Shown: positions 18,039-27,881 of the stretch, piece by piece
How the letters are laid out: each line of letters opens with the position of its first letter
Numbering within the stretch: the stretch's first letter is position 1
Assembly: GCA_031363085.1 (NCBI GenBank)
Contig: JANLTU010000196.1
Coordinates: 53,585-117,584, forward strand
Direction: 5' to 3'
Length of the DNA stretch: 64,000 bases
From: Gammaproteobacteria bacterium
GTDB lineage: Bacteria; Pseudomonadota; Gammaproteobacteria; SG8-11
Notes under the pieces: generated by a model
Seen by the model: only the letters and a program-made list of their open reading frames with translations
Told to the model about the DNA's origin: nothing
The model's database searches: none
Program-made: the position numbers and the translations under genes

Positions 18039-19883
18039 TTAAGCCACTGACCGCCGGCTACGGTAGATGCCGATGCCCGCAGCAAATAACACCACGATCA
18101 CTGGCACCAGCCCAATGTTTATAAACTTCAAATCTGTTCCCAGCGCCTCGATATTTTTGCGCAACTCATGCTGTACATTGCGTAATTCTTTGCGCGTTTT
18201 CACTTGCTCGATACGGAAATTTTCCATTTCCTGACGCTGCTCATTACTCAGCAATGCCGCGTTACCTGCCTGCTTTTGGTTTTGTAACGCTTGAATTTTT
18301 CGTTCGGTTTCTTTCAGTTTTTCGCGGACTTCTTTTTCCTTGTCGAGAAAACGCTTCTCGGCATCGCGTTGGATCTCTTTCACCTTTTCAAACGGGCGCG
18401 AAAATTCGCCACGGCTGCGCAGGCTGATCAAGTCACTGCTGCCGCTCAAATTATCCAGCGCATTAACGACAAAAGCAGCATTGCTGGCACGCGGCGTGGC
18501 GACGCGCTGGCCGAAGAAGTTGCGCACATCCACCCAGAAGCGGTCGCTTAGCAGGTCGACATCTGCGACCACAATAACGTTGATCGTATCTTTTGCTTCC
18601 ATAAGCGGCGGCGCAGAAGAATCGAGCTTGACCGGCGCGCCCTGTGGAAACGCAGTTTTGGTTTTGCCGCTAATGCGCGCGGCCAAAGTCAACTTCTCCG
18701 TGCCGGGTTTATACGTATTGAACAATCCAGCCGGATCCGGATTTTGCACGCGCATGACCTCCACCGGCATGGCCCGGTCGCTGGTCTCAATCAAAGGGCT
18801 GAATTCCGTGCTTGCGTCCGTTTTCTTTTTAAGTATTCCGGGCGAGGCCATGTTGATTTGATCAAGCCCGCCGGCTACGAAATCGGTCTTGTTAAAATTC
18901 GAGCTCTTGAGCGATAGCCACGCCACATAATCAACCGATTGCGGTTGCCCCGCACCGGATACACTCACGCGCGTTGCGGACTGAATATCAGTTGCAATCA
19001 TGCCGTCCACAAGTTCGATTCCCCAGGCGTCCAGGAGTCGCTTGGGATTCGAGCTGCGCCCGCCGCTGCCGGCTGAATCTTCCTCCGCCAACGGGTCGAC
19101 AAACATCAATATACGTCCACCGCGCAACGCAAATTGGTCGATTGCATACAGGGTTTTTTCGCTGATGCCTTTGGGATGAACCACCATCAGCACATCAATG
19201 TCGTCAGGGACCGCATCAACATCGACGCCCAAAAAGCGTAATGTAAACGTCTGGCGTATTACGTTCAGCACCGCCCATTCGGTGTTGGTGCGCAGCGGCA
19301 TACTGGGATTTTGCGGCAGCCCCTCAATCGGCAAAGTGCTGATGATTCCAACCGGTTTTTTCACCGGATGCGACAAGTTGTAAATCAAGCGCGTAATGTC
19401 GTATTCCAGTGATTGCTCGCGGTCTGCTTGGAAAAACGGAATCACTTCTTTTTCATCGGTGGCACCCGAGCCCACCAAACCCAGATACACCAAACTTCCG
19501 GCGGCATCGAAGGGCACGCCTTGCATACGATTCTGCACCGCTTGGTCTTCTTCGTCCGAAAACGGTTCGGGATCGGCGATGACCAATTTTAATTTGCCGT
19601 TGGAGTGCGTTACGAACTCTTCCAATAAATCACGCACACGGCGTGCGTAGTTGGTGATGCCCGGTGAGCTTTGCGCCAATTTTTCCGAAAAGAAAAATCG
19701 CAGCGTCACGGTATCGTCCAGATTCTTCAGAATATTCTTGGTGCCGTCGGACAAGGTGTAGAAATGCGCAGCGGTCAGATCCAAACGCGCTGATTTAAAT
19801 GCCGCACCTGCCAATGCATTCACCGCCACCAACAACACCGCGACAAAAATCAAACCCACTGCGGAAAAAAGATGTTTGTTCAT
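18039..19883 (-). CDS. GldG-family ABC-transporter auxiliary component.
   Basis: N- and C-terminal TM anchors and a large periplasmic domain. Sits downstream of an ABC-2 permease/ATPase pair. Coiled-coil near the C-terminus (…EKEVREKLKETERKIQALQNQKQ…). Confidence 0.75.
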   Translation of the reverse strand: MNKHLFSAVGLIFVAVLLVAVNALAGAAFKSARLDLTAAHFYTLSDGTKNILKNLDDTVTLRFFFSEKLAQSSPGITNYARRVRDLLEEFVTHSNGKLKLVIADPEPFSDEEDQAVQNRMQGVPFDAAGSLVYLGLVGSGATDEKEVIPFFQADREQSLEYDITRLIYNLSHPVKKPVGIISTLPIEGLPQNPSMPLRTNTEWAVLNVIRQTFTLRFLGVDVDAVPDDIDVLMVVHPKGISEKTLYAIDQFALRGGRILMFVDPLAEEDSAGSGGRSSNPKRLLDAWGIELVDGMIATDIQSATRVSVSGAGQPQSVDYVAWLSLKSSNFNKTDFVAGGLDQINMASPGILKKKTDASTEFSPLIETSDRAMPVEVMRVQNPDPAGLFNTYKPGTEKLTLAARISGKTKTAFPQGAPVKLDSSAPPLMEAKDTINVIVVADVDLLSDRFWVDVRNFFGQRVATPRASNAAFVVNALDNLSGSSDLISLRSRGEFSRPFEKVKEIQRDAEKRFLDKEKEVREKLKETERKIQALQNQKQAGNAALLSNEQRQEMENFRIEQVKTRKELRNVQHELRKNIEALGTDLKFINIGLVPVIVVLFAAGIGIYRSRRSVA

Positions 19884-19989
19884 GGCTTATTCCATGTTGC
19901 ATTCAAAGACAGGCAAGGCGGAGTCTCGCAGACCGCACGCGTAATACGACAAGAGCCCACGCAGTATTCATTTAAATGCGGCATGAGAT

Positions 19990-20724
19990 TTAGTCCGCCT
20001 TCTTCATTTCAACCAGGATCACGTTGGCCGTCAGCCAGCAGGCAATGAAGGACAGAAAAAATATCGCATCGCGTACGTCGATCACGCCCTTGGTCACCGC
20101 TTCGAAATGGGTCAGAAAACTTAAATAAGAAATCGCACTGACCACACCGTGCGGCAACCAGCCACTGAAGAAATCCAGCACCAACGGGAAACCACTGAGG
20201 ATAAAGCCAAAGCACAATACCGCCGTAATCACAAAGGCGATCACCTGATTACGCGTCAACGCTGAGATCGCCGCACCCAGCGCCAGAAATGCTCCCGCCA
20301 TGAACAGGCTGCCCAAATAACCGGCGAAAATTACTGCGTTATCCGGGTTGCCCAGGTAGTTTACGGTGATCCACACCGGAAATGTCAACACCAGCGCCAA
20401 CGTCGTAAATATCCAGGCCGCAATAAATTTTCCCAACACCGCTTCCGTGGTGGTCACGGGCAAGGTCATCAGCAGTTCAATCGTGCCGGTCTTGCGTTCT
20501 TCCGACCATAAACGCATCGATAACGCCGGAATCAAGAATAGATACAGCCACGGGTGGTACAGAAAAAACGGCTGCAAATCGGCCTGACCACGCTCGTACA
20601 GGCCACCCAGATAAAAGGTAAAAATACCCGTGAGCACCAGAAAGATAACGATGAACACATAGGCGACGGGCGTGGCGAAATAGTTGGTCAATTCACGGCG
20701 TGTGATGGCGATGATGTTGTTCAT
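19990..20724 (-). CDS. ABC-2 type transporter permease (GldF-like).
   Basis: Six TM segments, 244 aa. The start overlaps the ATPase stop. Confidence 0.85.
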   Translation of the reverse strand: MNNIIAITRRELTNYFATPVAYVFIVIFLVLTGIFTFYLGGLYERGQADLQPFFLYHPWLYLFLIPALSMRLWSEERKTGTIELLMTLPVTTTEAVLGKFIAAWIFTTLALVLTFPVWITVNYLGNPDNAVIFAGYLGSLFMAGAFLALGAAISALTRNQVIAFVITAVLCFGFILSGFPLVLDFFSGWLPHGVVSAISYLSFLTHFEAVTKGVIDVRDAIFFLSFIACWLTANVILVEMKKAD

Positions 20725-21680
20725 GTCAGCGCCTCCGCACCTGCTACGGTAATGCTGCGAAATACTTCATCGAGCCGGCCGGCTTCCACGCTCAGCTCGT
20801 CGACCGGCCAAGCTTGCGCGCGCAGGAGCTGGCTGACCTCGTCGAGGATCGCAACACTCGCCGCCGGAAAGATCATCAAACGCACCTGACCCTTGTCGTG
20901 GCCGAGCACCTCAACTTCTTTCACGTGCGGCAAGCCGCGCAATTTTTGCACCGCGTCGTCCACCGAACTGGGACGCACCGCGACCCGAATCGCATTGTGA
21001 TACTTGGAGCGCTGCTCCAACTGCACCGGCGTGCCGTCGAACAACAACCGACCCTGTGCGATGATCATTGCACGCGTGCACACCGCATGGACTTCTTCGA
21101 GAATATGCGTCGACACGATAATGGCTTTGTCTTTCGCCATCTCGGCGATCAACATGCGCATTTCGTGTTTTTGATTCGGGTCCAGGCCGTCGGTCGGCTC
21201 GTCCATGATCAACACCGGCGGGTCGTGCAAGATCGCCTGTGCGATGCCCACACGGCGTTTAAATCCTTTCGACAAGGTGTCGATTTTCTTGTGCGCGACA
21301 CTGCGTAAATTGGCTTTATCGATGGCGGTGTTCACCCGCCGGGTCAGTTCCGCGCCTTTAAATCCGCGCACTTGCGCAATGAAGCCCAAAAACGAAACCG
21401 GCGTCATGTCGGGATACGCAGGCGCGCCTTCAGCGAGATAACCGAGCGCTTGTTTGGCCGCGATAGGCTCATCACCGACGTCGTGCCCTTTGACTTTCAC
21501 GCTGCCCGAGGTCGGCGTCAAAAAGCCGGTGATCATCTTCATGGTGGTGGACTTGCCGGCGCCATTGGGGCCGAGAAACCCCAGCACCTCGCCGCCGCGC
21601 ACGGCAAAAGAAACATCATTCACTGCGGTAAATGAACCAAAGCGTTTGGATAAATTGCGAACTTCAATCATCGTGTCCAT
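20721..21680 (-). CDS. ABC transporter ATP-binding protein (GldA-like).
   Basis: Walker A (GPNGAGKST), ABC signature (LSKGFKRRV), Walker B (LIMDEPTDGLD). Confidence 0.9.
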   Translation of the reverse strand: MDTMIEVRNLSKRFGSFTAVNDVSFAVRGGEVLGFLGPNGAGKSTTMKMITGFLTPTSGSVKVKGHDVGDEPIAAKQALGYLAEGAPAYPDMTPVSFLGFIAQVRGFKGAELTRRVNTAIDKANLRSVAHKKIDTLSKGFKRRVGIAQAILHDPPVLIMDEPTDGLDPNQKHEMRMLIAEMAKDKAIIVSTHILEEVHAVCTRAMIIAQGRLLFDGTPVQLEQRSKYHNAIRVAVRPSSVDDAVQKLRGLPHVKEVEVLGHDKGQVRLMIFPAASVAILDEVSQLLRAQAWPVDELSVEAGRLDEVFRSITVAGAEALT

Positions 21681-21871
21681 GAGGCGACCAACCTAAACGG
21701 GTTAATAAAAAAACGCGAGGGATATTTCCATAACGCGGCGCCGCGCAAATTATCTACACGCACACGCGCTTGTCAACATGACGGTGAAACACAACATGAA
21801 TATGTTGGCACGCGCGAACTGAAATGTTAGGCATTACTAGTTTGGTTAACAGGCAAATTCAGCAGCAAGCA

Positions 21872-23398
21872 TTAAAAACTCCCGCTGTAAGACTTATTGT
21901 TGATTGAGTTGGCGAGGCCCACAGTAGCGGTGCCGTCGGCGTTGACGCTGTAAAGCTCGGATTGGCCGCCAACGACCCGCGTGTATATCACCCGTCCGCT
22001 GGGGGTTATGCCGCTGAAGGTCTCAGTGTCCGTCGAGTTGGCAAGGACCGCCGCCGTACCGGTGCCATCGGCGTTGATGCTGTAAAGGTCGTATTGGGTG
22101 CCGCCGACGTACCTCTGGTAAATCACCCGTCCGCTTACGGTGATACCGCTGAAGAACTCCGCGTCCGTCGAGTTGGCAAGGGCCGCTGCCGTACCGCTGC
22201 CGTCGGCATTGACGCTGTAAAGGTTGTACTGGCCGCTGCCGCCCACATACCGTCTGTAAATCACTCGTCCGTTGGGGGCGATGCCTTCGAACAACTCCTC
22301 GTCCGTCGAGTTAGCCAGGACCAGAGTGCCGGTGCCGTCAGCATTAACACTGTAGATGTCGTGTTGGGTGCCGCCGACGACTCGCTCGTAAATCACCCGA
22401 CCGCTGGGAGCGATGCCGCTGAAGTACTCGCTGTCCGTCGCGTTGGTGAGGACTACAAGACCGCTACCGTCATCGTTCACGCTGTAGAGATCGTATTGGC
22501 TGCCGCCGATATACCTCCCGTAAATCACCCGACCACCGGCAGTGATGTGGGCGAAGTTCTCAGTCTCGGTCGAGTTCGCTAGGACCACTGTGCCGGTGCC
22601 GTCGGCCTTCACACTAAAGAGGTCGGATGGAATACCGCCAATGTATTTCCCGTAAATCACCCGTCCGCTCGGCGTGATGCCGATGAAATACTTGCTGTCG
22701 GTCGAATTAGTCAGGGCCGTGGTACCGGTGCCATCGGCGTTGACGCTGTAGAGATCGCTTTGGCCACCGGTGGCCCGCGCGTAAATCACCTGTCCGCTGG
22801 GAGTGATGCCGCTGAAGAACTCGTTGTCGGTCGAGTGGGCGAGGGCCACGCTACCGGTGCCGGTACCGTCAGCATTAACGCTGTAGAGATCGTGTTGGGT
22901 GCCACCGACGACCCGCTCGTAAATCACCTGACCGCCGGGGGTAATGCCGCTGAAGCGCTCGTCGTCCGTTGAGGTGGCAAGGGCCACGCTACCGGTACCA
23001 TCGGTTTTGACACTGTAGAGGTCGTGCTGGGTGCCGCCGGCGGCGACCTGTTCGTAAATCACCCGACCGCTGGGAGTGATGCCGCTGAAAGTCTCGTTAC
23101 CTGTCGAGTTGGTGAGCGTCACTGCGCCGGTGCCATCCTCCTTGATGAGATAAAGGTCGTTGTTACCCGCGCTCACCGTGCGCGTAAACACGACACTTGC
23201 GAGTGCCGGCGCCGGAGTGAGGGTTGGAGCTGAGGTCGGAGCCGATGTTAGGGTCGGGACTGAGGGCGGAGATGTTGAGGCCGGAGTTAGACCGAGGTCC
23301 TCAATTCCACTAGCGCAAGCGGCGAGCCCAGCCAGCAAAACAGAGATCAAGGCGATGCGGATAGTACCTGCTTGGAATACTGCCTGCGTTGTGGTCAT
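21872..23398 (-). CDS. Lipoprotein with a Pro/Thr/Ser-rich linker and ~10 tandem ~47-aa PD40/TolB-like beta-propeller repeats.
   Basis: Lipobox LLAGLAAC. Linker TPASTSPPSVPTLTSAPTSAPTLTPAPALAS. Repeated L(Y/F)SV.ADGTG…L.NSTD.E.FSGI.P.GRVIY.R..GG.Q.D units. Confidence 0.7.
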   Translation of the reverse strand: MTTTQAVFQAGTIRIALISVLLAGLAACASGIEDLGLTPASTSPPSVPTLTSAPTSAPTLTPAPALASVVFTRTVSAGNNDLYLIKEDGTGAVTLTNSTGNETFSGITPSGRVIYEQVAAGGTQHDLYSVKTDGTGSVALATSTDDERFSGITPGGQVIYERVVGGTQHDLYSVNADGTGTGSVALAHSTDNEFFSGITPSGQVIYARATGGQSDLYSVNADGTGTTALTNSTDSKYFIGITPSGRVIYGKYIGGIPSDLFSVKADGTGTVVLANSTETENFAHITAGGRVIYGRYIGGSQYDLYSVNDDGSGLVVLTNATDSEYFSGIAPSGRVIYERVVGGTQHDIYSVNADGTGTLVLANSTDEELFEGIAPNGRVIYRRYVGGSGQYNLYSVNADGSGTAAALANSTDAEFFSGITVSGRVIYQRYVGGTQYDLYSINADGTGTAAVLANSTDTETFSGITPSGRVIYTRVVGGQSELYSVNADGTATVGLANSINNKSYSGSF

Positions 23399-23465
23399 GC
23401 GTCTTCTCCATCCGTGTTCATGTAGGTGCTTGCGCAGGGCAAGCGAATGCCGATCTTTAGAGTTA

Positions 23466-23590
23466 TACGCGACGGTGATTCACGTCGGTGCTGGCTTTGC
23501 ACCGGGTCGTGGTGATCCACGTCGGCGCTGGCTTTGCACCGGGTCGTGGTGATTCATGTCGGTGCTGGCCTTGTGCCGGGTCGTGATGCA
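23466..23590. repeat. Three tandem copies of a ~37-bp REP-like hairpin element.
   Basis: cgtcggtgctggctttgcaccgggtcgtggtgat repeated three times with small changes. The core cggtgc-tggcttt-gcaccg is an inverted repeat. A fourth copy lies at ~42415-42465. Confidence 0.55.
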
Positions 23591-23714
23591 TCCAAGACCG
23601 AACGGCGTATAGGATCGCCCAACACGCACTCAAAACAAGTGTGGACCGCTGCCCTGACTTGCACAATGGCGGCGATTCACGCGTGCCGTAGTTTCGATTC
23701 GCCATACATCCGCA

Positions 23715-24848
23715 TCACTGCAAAATCTTGAACTGTGATAGCCACGCGTAGAGCTGCGGCAGCAGGGCCGACACGACCGTGCTCTTGTCGCGAATATACA
23801 GGCGGAATTTCTTGCCGGTTTTATAGGCGCTTTCCAGAACCACTTCGGTTACCGAACCGCCGTCGTCGGCGTGGCCGTATATGGACTGTGCGCCGAACGG
23901 CGTTTCGATGTAGGTAAGTTTCGAATTGAATTCTTTTTCCCCCATCGACTTGACCAGCGCGGGCAGCTTTTTTACCAGCGCCTTGGCGTCTTCTTTCAGC
24001 TTGTGGTTCTCGCTCACTGGATCGAAGTCGTAGCCGCTAACGACGCCCATGTTGATGGTGATGTCGCCGTCTTGGGTGTGCCAGACGTCGGTGCGCTGGG
24101 AGGAGTGGTTGATGTACCACTGGTTGCCGGTATCGGGTTCTGGTAGGTAAATCTCGAAGCTGAAGTATGCCGTGTAGAAGCGTCTGGTTAGCGGCTTGCT
24201 ACCATGCAGAATTGATTGAGGTGTGGCGGTTACGCGCTTTAATGTGTCAAGAAAGTGATTGTATTGCGACTCGAATTGCGGAAAACCCTCGAAATACTGA
24301 ACGCGGCGTACGACCCGCGCAGTAAAGATGTGCCGGGCTGATACAGGGAGGAAATAAAACATTTGTCGGTTACGTTTGGTGTAAGAGTGGTCGCCCATCG
24401 TTCCTGGATAGTCTTCCGCACCTTGACTCTCAAACGCTAGCGTATACGGAGAGCTGAATATCTTTCCTTTTTCGTCCAACACGGCAGAGACGGCATGCGA
24501 TTCTACCGCTGTGCGCGACAACAACTGAAACTTTGATTTAGGATCAAAGTGACGTGCAATCCAACGATCAGCAAGCTCCACAGTCGAAGTGGGGGCGTCG
24601 AAGAACGCAGAGGTAATGTAGACGTCCGAGCCTTCAGTAGCGTTATTGGTGCCCGTGCCGAGTGCCCTAAAAGGATACGTTTCGGATTTAATAGTAGAAG
24701 CGACTCGCGGCGTGGGAATCAGTACATCATCCATTCCAGTGTAACCGGCTGGAGATTGTAGCGGTGATTGCGATTGTGTGGGGGCAGACATACAGGCTCC
24801 TGAAATCAGCGAAATACCAAAGAGAACTGCGGCGTGGGCGCGGGTCAT
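23715..24848 (-). CDS. Hypothetical lipoprotein, 377 aa.
   Basis: Lipobox LISGAC. The start (ATGA) overlaps the stop of the upstream alpha/beta-hydrolase gene. No recognisable catalytic motifs. Confidence 0.6.
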   Translation of the reverse strand: MTRAHAAVLFGISLISGACMSAPTQSQSPLQSPAGYTGMDDVLIPTPRVASTIKSETYPFRALGTGTNNATEGSDVYITSAFFDAPTSTVELADRWIARHFDPKSKFQLLSRTAVESHAVSAVLDEKGKIFSSPYTLAFESQGAEDYPGTMGDHSYTKRNRQMFYFLPVSARHIFTARVVRRVQYFEGFPQFESQYNHFLDTLKRVTATPQSILHGSKPLTRRFYTAYFSFEIYLPEPDTGNQWYINHSSQRTDVWHTQDGDITINMGVVSGYDFDPVSENHKLKEDAKALVKKLPALVKSMGEKEFNSKLTYIETPFGAQSIYGHADDGGSVTEVVLESAYKTGKKFRLYIRDKSTVVSALLPQLYAWLSQFKILQ

Positions 24849-27001
24849 GACTCGTCCTCACGCACGGTAGATGTTGCAGGAATCACCACATACATCCGGT
24901 CCTGATTTTTGGGACGCAACGGCTCGATCAATTTTGTAATGGCATCTTTGGTTTGTGCGATGGCATCCGGGTGTTTGCAAATATCCGCATGCACCACGTT
25001 GCCCTTGGTAATGACCGACCCAGCCGGTATCGCACCCTGTGCGATCAATGATTCTTGGCTGGTGAGCGGCACGGTGCCGTCGCCTTCTTTCGTGCGTTCG
25101 TACGGACAGTCCAATACCGCATCTCCATTTTTATCGGTGTTCAGAAGCAACCGCACTTGCGTCACCGTATTCACTCCGTTGGAGCGAATGACATAGGTGT
25201 TGGGGTGGTATTTCAGACCCAAGTCGGAATGAAAGGCTTGGGCCATCAGCAAGCATTCTTCAAACTTTCCGTACCACTTTTCGGCAACATCCCATTCCTT
25301 CCGTGACATCCCGGCATGCGGCCGCAACCGCATATTGTCCTGATGCCACGGCGTCTCTTCGGGCAGATGCAGTTTGGCGTCCGGCGGTATCGCGGCACGA
25401 TCTTGTATTTGTGGCAGCGGAATATCGTACCAACGCGGTTCCGCGCGCTTGGTAAACACACTGTGTTCCATACGCGTGTAGCGCACGCGGGTAAACTCGT
25501 CGGTGGTGTAAGGTTTGGGATCGCCTTGCGCCGCGTAGCGTTTGTGGCTAATCAATCCGGCCCGGTCGTTCAGGTACGTGTCGTAGATATTTCCGCAGCC
25601 TGATACCAGACTGTCGGGCGCGCTTAACCAATCGCCCGGAGTCGCGCCGATCTGTGTCATATGGTCGTTGGTCGGCAACAGGCTCAAGGCGCCCGCTATC
25701 GGCCCGGCCATGCGCGTGAAGTGGTAGCTGGTGGTGCCGAGGATTTCGGCGAATACGTTGTCGGGCAGGTTCGACAGCTTGTACCACGGCTCGCGTTCCG
25801 GTCGTGAACCGCCGATGAATCGTCGATACAGCACCGGCGCGCCGGTGGTGGGTTGGTTGAGATGAACGATGCCCTGAATGTTGGCGTTGGCGCCGAGCAC
25901 CTCGCTGGTATAGCGTGCGATCAGGCTGCCTTGGCTATGGGTCACGACCAGCGCCTTGTGTACGCCCGCTTCATAATGCACGCCCTTCGTTCCAAGCTCA
26001 GGGTAGTCGGTGATCGCCTGGATGCGCTCGATTTCGTTCTTGAAGTGTTCAGCCGCGTTGCTCAGGTCGTTGCGCCAGTCGGTGCCGACCGCAAAGGCAA
26101 CGTAGATGAAATGTTCGTCTTCAATCGACTCGATGGCTTCGAACAATGGCACATAGTCGCTGAGCACGCCGAACCAGCCGCGCGCTTGGCGGCGCTCATA
26201 TTCTTGTTCAGCGAATTGATCTTCATCGGTGTTGGGCCCGGCGTCGTGCAGGCGGCGCTGGAAAAACTCACTGGCTTTGATGGCTTTGAGCACGTCCGCT
26301 TTCGCCTCCGGCGGATGCCCACGCATCACGCTGGCGCCGGGGTGATGCAGCCGTTGGGTTTTGTCGTTAATCTCCGCGTCGCTCCAGTCGCGCTGGATGA
26401 AGGCAGACAACAGGCTTTTGGCATAGGCTTTAGTAATGGCCTTCTTGTCGTCGGGGTCCCAGACGTACGCGCCCAGCTCATTGGCGCTGAGGTTCTCCTG
26501 GCGCGAGCCGAAAATACCGGCCACGTAGGGCACCGGAACGACGCTCTTCTTGACCGGACGTTCCACCAGGTACGCCACCGGTAGGCGTTTTTCACGCCAG
26601 GTGGACAACGGGTCGCGCGCGTCCGGGTCGTCGTTGCGCAGCGCGGCCGCGACCGGGCCGACGCTTCCGGACTGGGCATTGAACCCGGTGCCGTAGCTCG
26701 ATAAATCGATGGGTTGCAGGAACGGGTTGCGCAAGCTGTCGTCGAGGGCGATGTTTGCGCTGTCGTGTTGGGTGGCGGCGGTGAAGCGTGGGTCGTCGGC
26801 GGCAAGGCCGCCCAGCTTCATGAGGGCGGCCCAGGTGAATTGGCGGCGCGAGTACACCATCTCGACCTTTTGTTCGACACCGTCCAGCAGATACGGCACC
26901 ACGATCAGGTTGGTGTACTGGCCGCGCGCGGTGCGTTGGTCGCCGACCCCGTCGGGGGCGCCCAGGTCGACGTCGCGCAGGGCGCCCTGCGCGTTGACCA
27001 C
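24845..27001 (-). CDS. Alpha/beta-hydrolase (lipase-like) protein, ~718 aa.
   Basis: Nucleophile elbow …KALVVTHSQGSLIARYTSEVLG… of the GxSxG lipase/esterase type. No signal peptide. Start assigned to the GTG at 27001. There is an in-frame stop at 27029-27031. Confidence 0.6.
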   Translation of the reverse strand: MVNAQGALRDVDLGAPDGVGDQRTARGQYTNLIVVPYLLDGVEQKVEMVYSRRQFTWAALMKLGGLAADDPRFTAATQHDSANIALDDSLRNPFLQPIDLSSYGTGFNAQSGSVGPVAAALRNDDPDARDPLSTWREKRLPVAYLVERPVKKSVVPVPYVAGIFGSRQENLSANELGAYVWDPDDKKAITKAYAKSLLSAFIQRDWSDAEINDKTQRLHHPGASVMRGHPPEAKADVLKAIKASEFFQRRLHDAGPNTDEDQFAEQEYERRQARGWFGVLSDYVPLFEAIESIEDEHFIYVAFAVGTDWRNDLSNAAEHFKNEIERIQAITDYPELGTKGVHYEAGVHKALVVTHSQGSLIARYTSEVLGANANIQGIVHLNQPTTGAPVLYRRFIGGSRPEREPWYKLSNLPDNVFAEILGTTSYHFTRMAGPIAGALSLLPTNDHMTQIGATPGDWLSAPDSLVSGCGNIYDTYLNDRAGLISHKRYAAQGDPKPYTTDEFTRVRYTRMEHSVFTKRAEPRWYDIPLPQIQDRAAIPPDAKLHLPEETPWHQDNMRLRPHAGMSRKEWDVAEKWYGKFEECLLMAQAFHSDLGLKYHPNTYVIRSNGVNTVTQVRLLLNTDKNGDAVLDCPYERTKEGDGTVPLTSQESLIAQGAIPAGSVITKGNVVHADICKHPDAIAQTKDAITKLIEPLRPKNQDRMYVVIPATSTVREDES

Positions 27002-27031
27002 TTGCAGTTCGCGCCACAGGAGAGCCGTTCA

Positions 27032-27785
27032 CGAACACGTAAATCCAGCCGTGCGCGGGACGGCTGGCGTTGCTGCGCGGGGTCTTGCTCGCGTGCGGGT
27101 ACCGCAGCGGCAGCACCGGCACCAGCACGGTGGGGGTTTGTTGTGCGTCCTGGTCAACCGGCGACAGGGCTTCGATCAGCCGCAGGCGCATCGGCGACCC
27201 GCCTTGCATGTTGATTTGGTAGCACAGACTGAAGGGCGTGTTAGATAACTCCCCCAGCGCCCATTCGAGGCGATGGCGGTCAGTGCCTTGCGCGTGGGTG
27301 GGCAGCGTGCGCACGGCGGCGGGCGCATCGACCGGGCTGATGGCGAGCGTGCCGGCCAAGCTGTCGGCACTTTGTCCGGCGATCTCCAGTGCGATTTTGT
27401 GACGCGGGGCAGGCGGGGCCGGTGCGGGGCGCGGGTTTTCACGGCGCGGCGGAACATAGGGTTCACCGGAGAACGACGCCCGCGCGGGTTCGGTTTTGAT
27501 AGGTTGCAGTCCGCTCACCGGCACCGGCGCCACGCGCAACACGCCGGTCTGGAGCGCGTGGATCACTTGTCCCCGCAAGCCAACCGGATCGGTCAGTGCA
27601 AAAATACCTTGGGCAATTAATGCTTGGCGGCAGGCTTCCATCGCCACCGGGGTTTGCCAATAGATATCGAGGAAGGCGTGCATCGCGGTGTCATCCGTGA
27701 GTGGCAACGGCGGGTGCAGCAGGGGTTCGCGTGCACCGTATAAGGCATAGGTGGTGCCGGTTGGTCCTCCGTGGAGTATGTGCAT
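27032..27785 (-). CDS. Hypothetical protein of ~250 aa (plausible part). The ORF-caller's 397-aa version runs on to 26592 as Arg-rich out-of-frame read-through.
   Basis: Protein-like sequence up to …HGWIYVFVNGSPV. Downstream of that the same frame gives RRRPGRPRRGRRPTHRARP…, low-complexity and typical of wrong-frame high-GC DNA, overlapping the hydrolase ORF. Confidence 0.35.
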
Positions 27786-27881
27786 CGTAACTTCCGTATT
27801 AGATGATTTTGAAACTAACCGAGCTTACAAGTGGAAGACGCACCGTAGGCAATCTCTCCGCTCAAAACTGCAAAGCCTCAA

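Noticed and set aside
21700..21860. Perfect inverted repeat CAACATgaatATGTTG upstream of the ABC operon, as a possible operator.
   Set aside because: A single occurrence without a recognisable cognate regulator nearby. It could simply be chance in an AT-richer promoter. It is noted but not called as a feature.
23466..23590. Possible CRISPR array.
   Set aside because: Only three direct repeats are present, and they are contiguous with no spacers. They have hairpin/REP-like character and no cas genes are in view.
26326..26805. 159-aa minus-strand ORF, and plus-strand ORFs at 26709-27248, within the hydrolase region.
   Set aside because: Pro/Thr/Arg-rich wrong-frame translations that overlap the hydrolase ORF.
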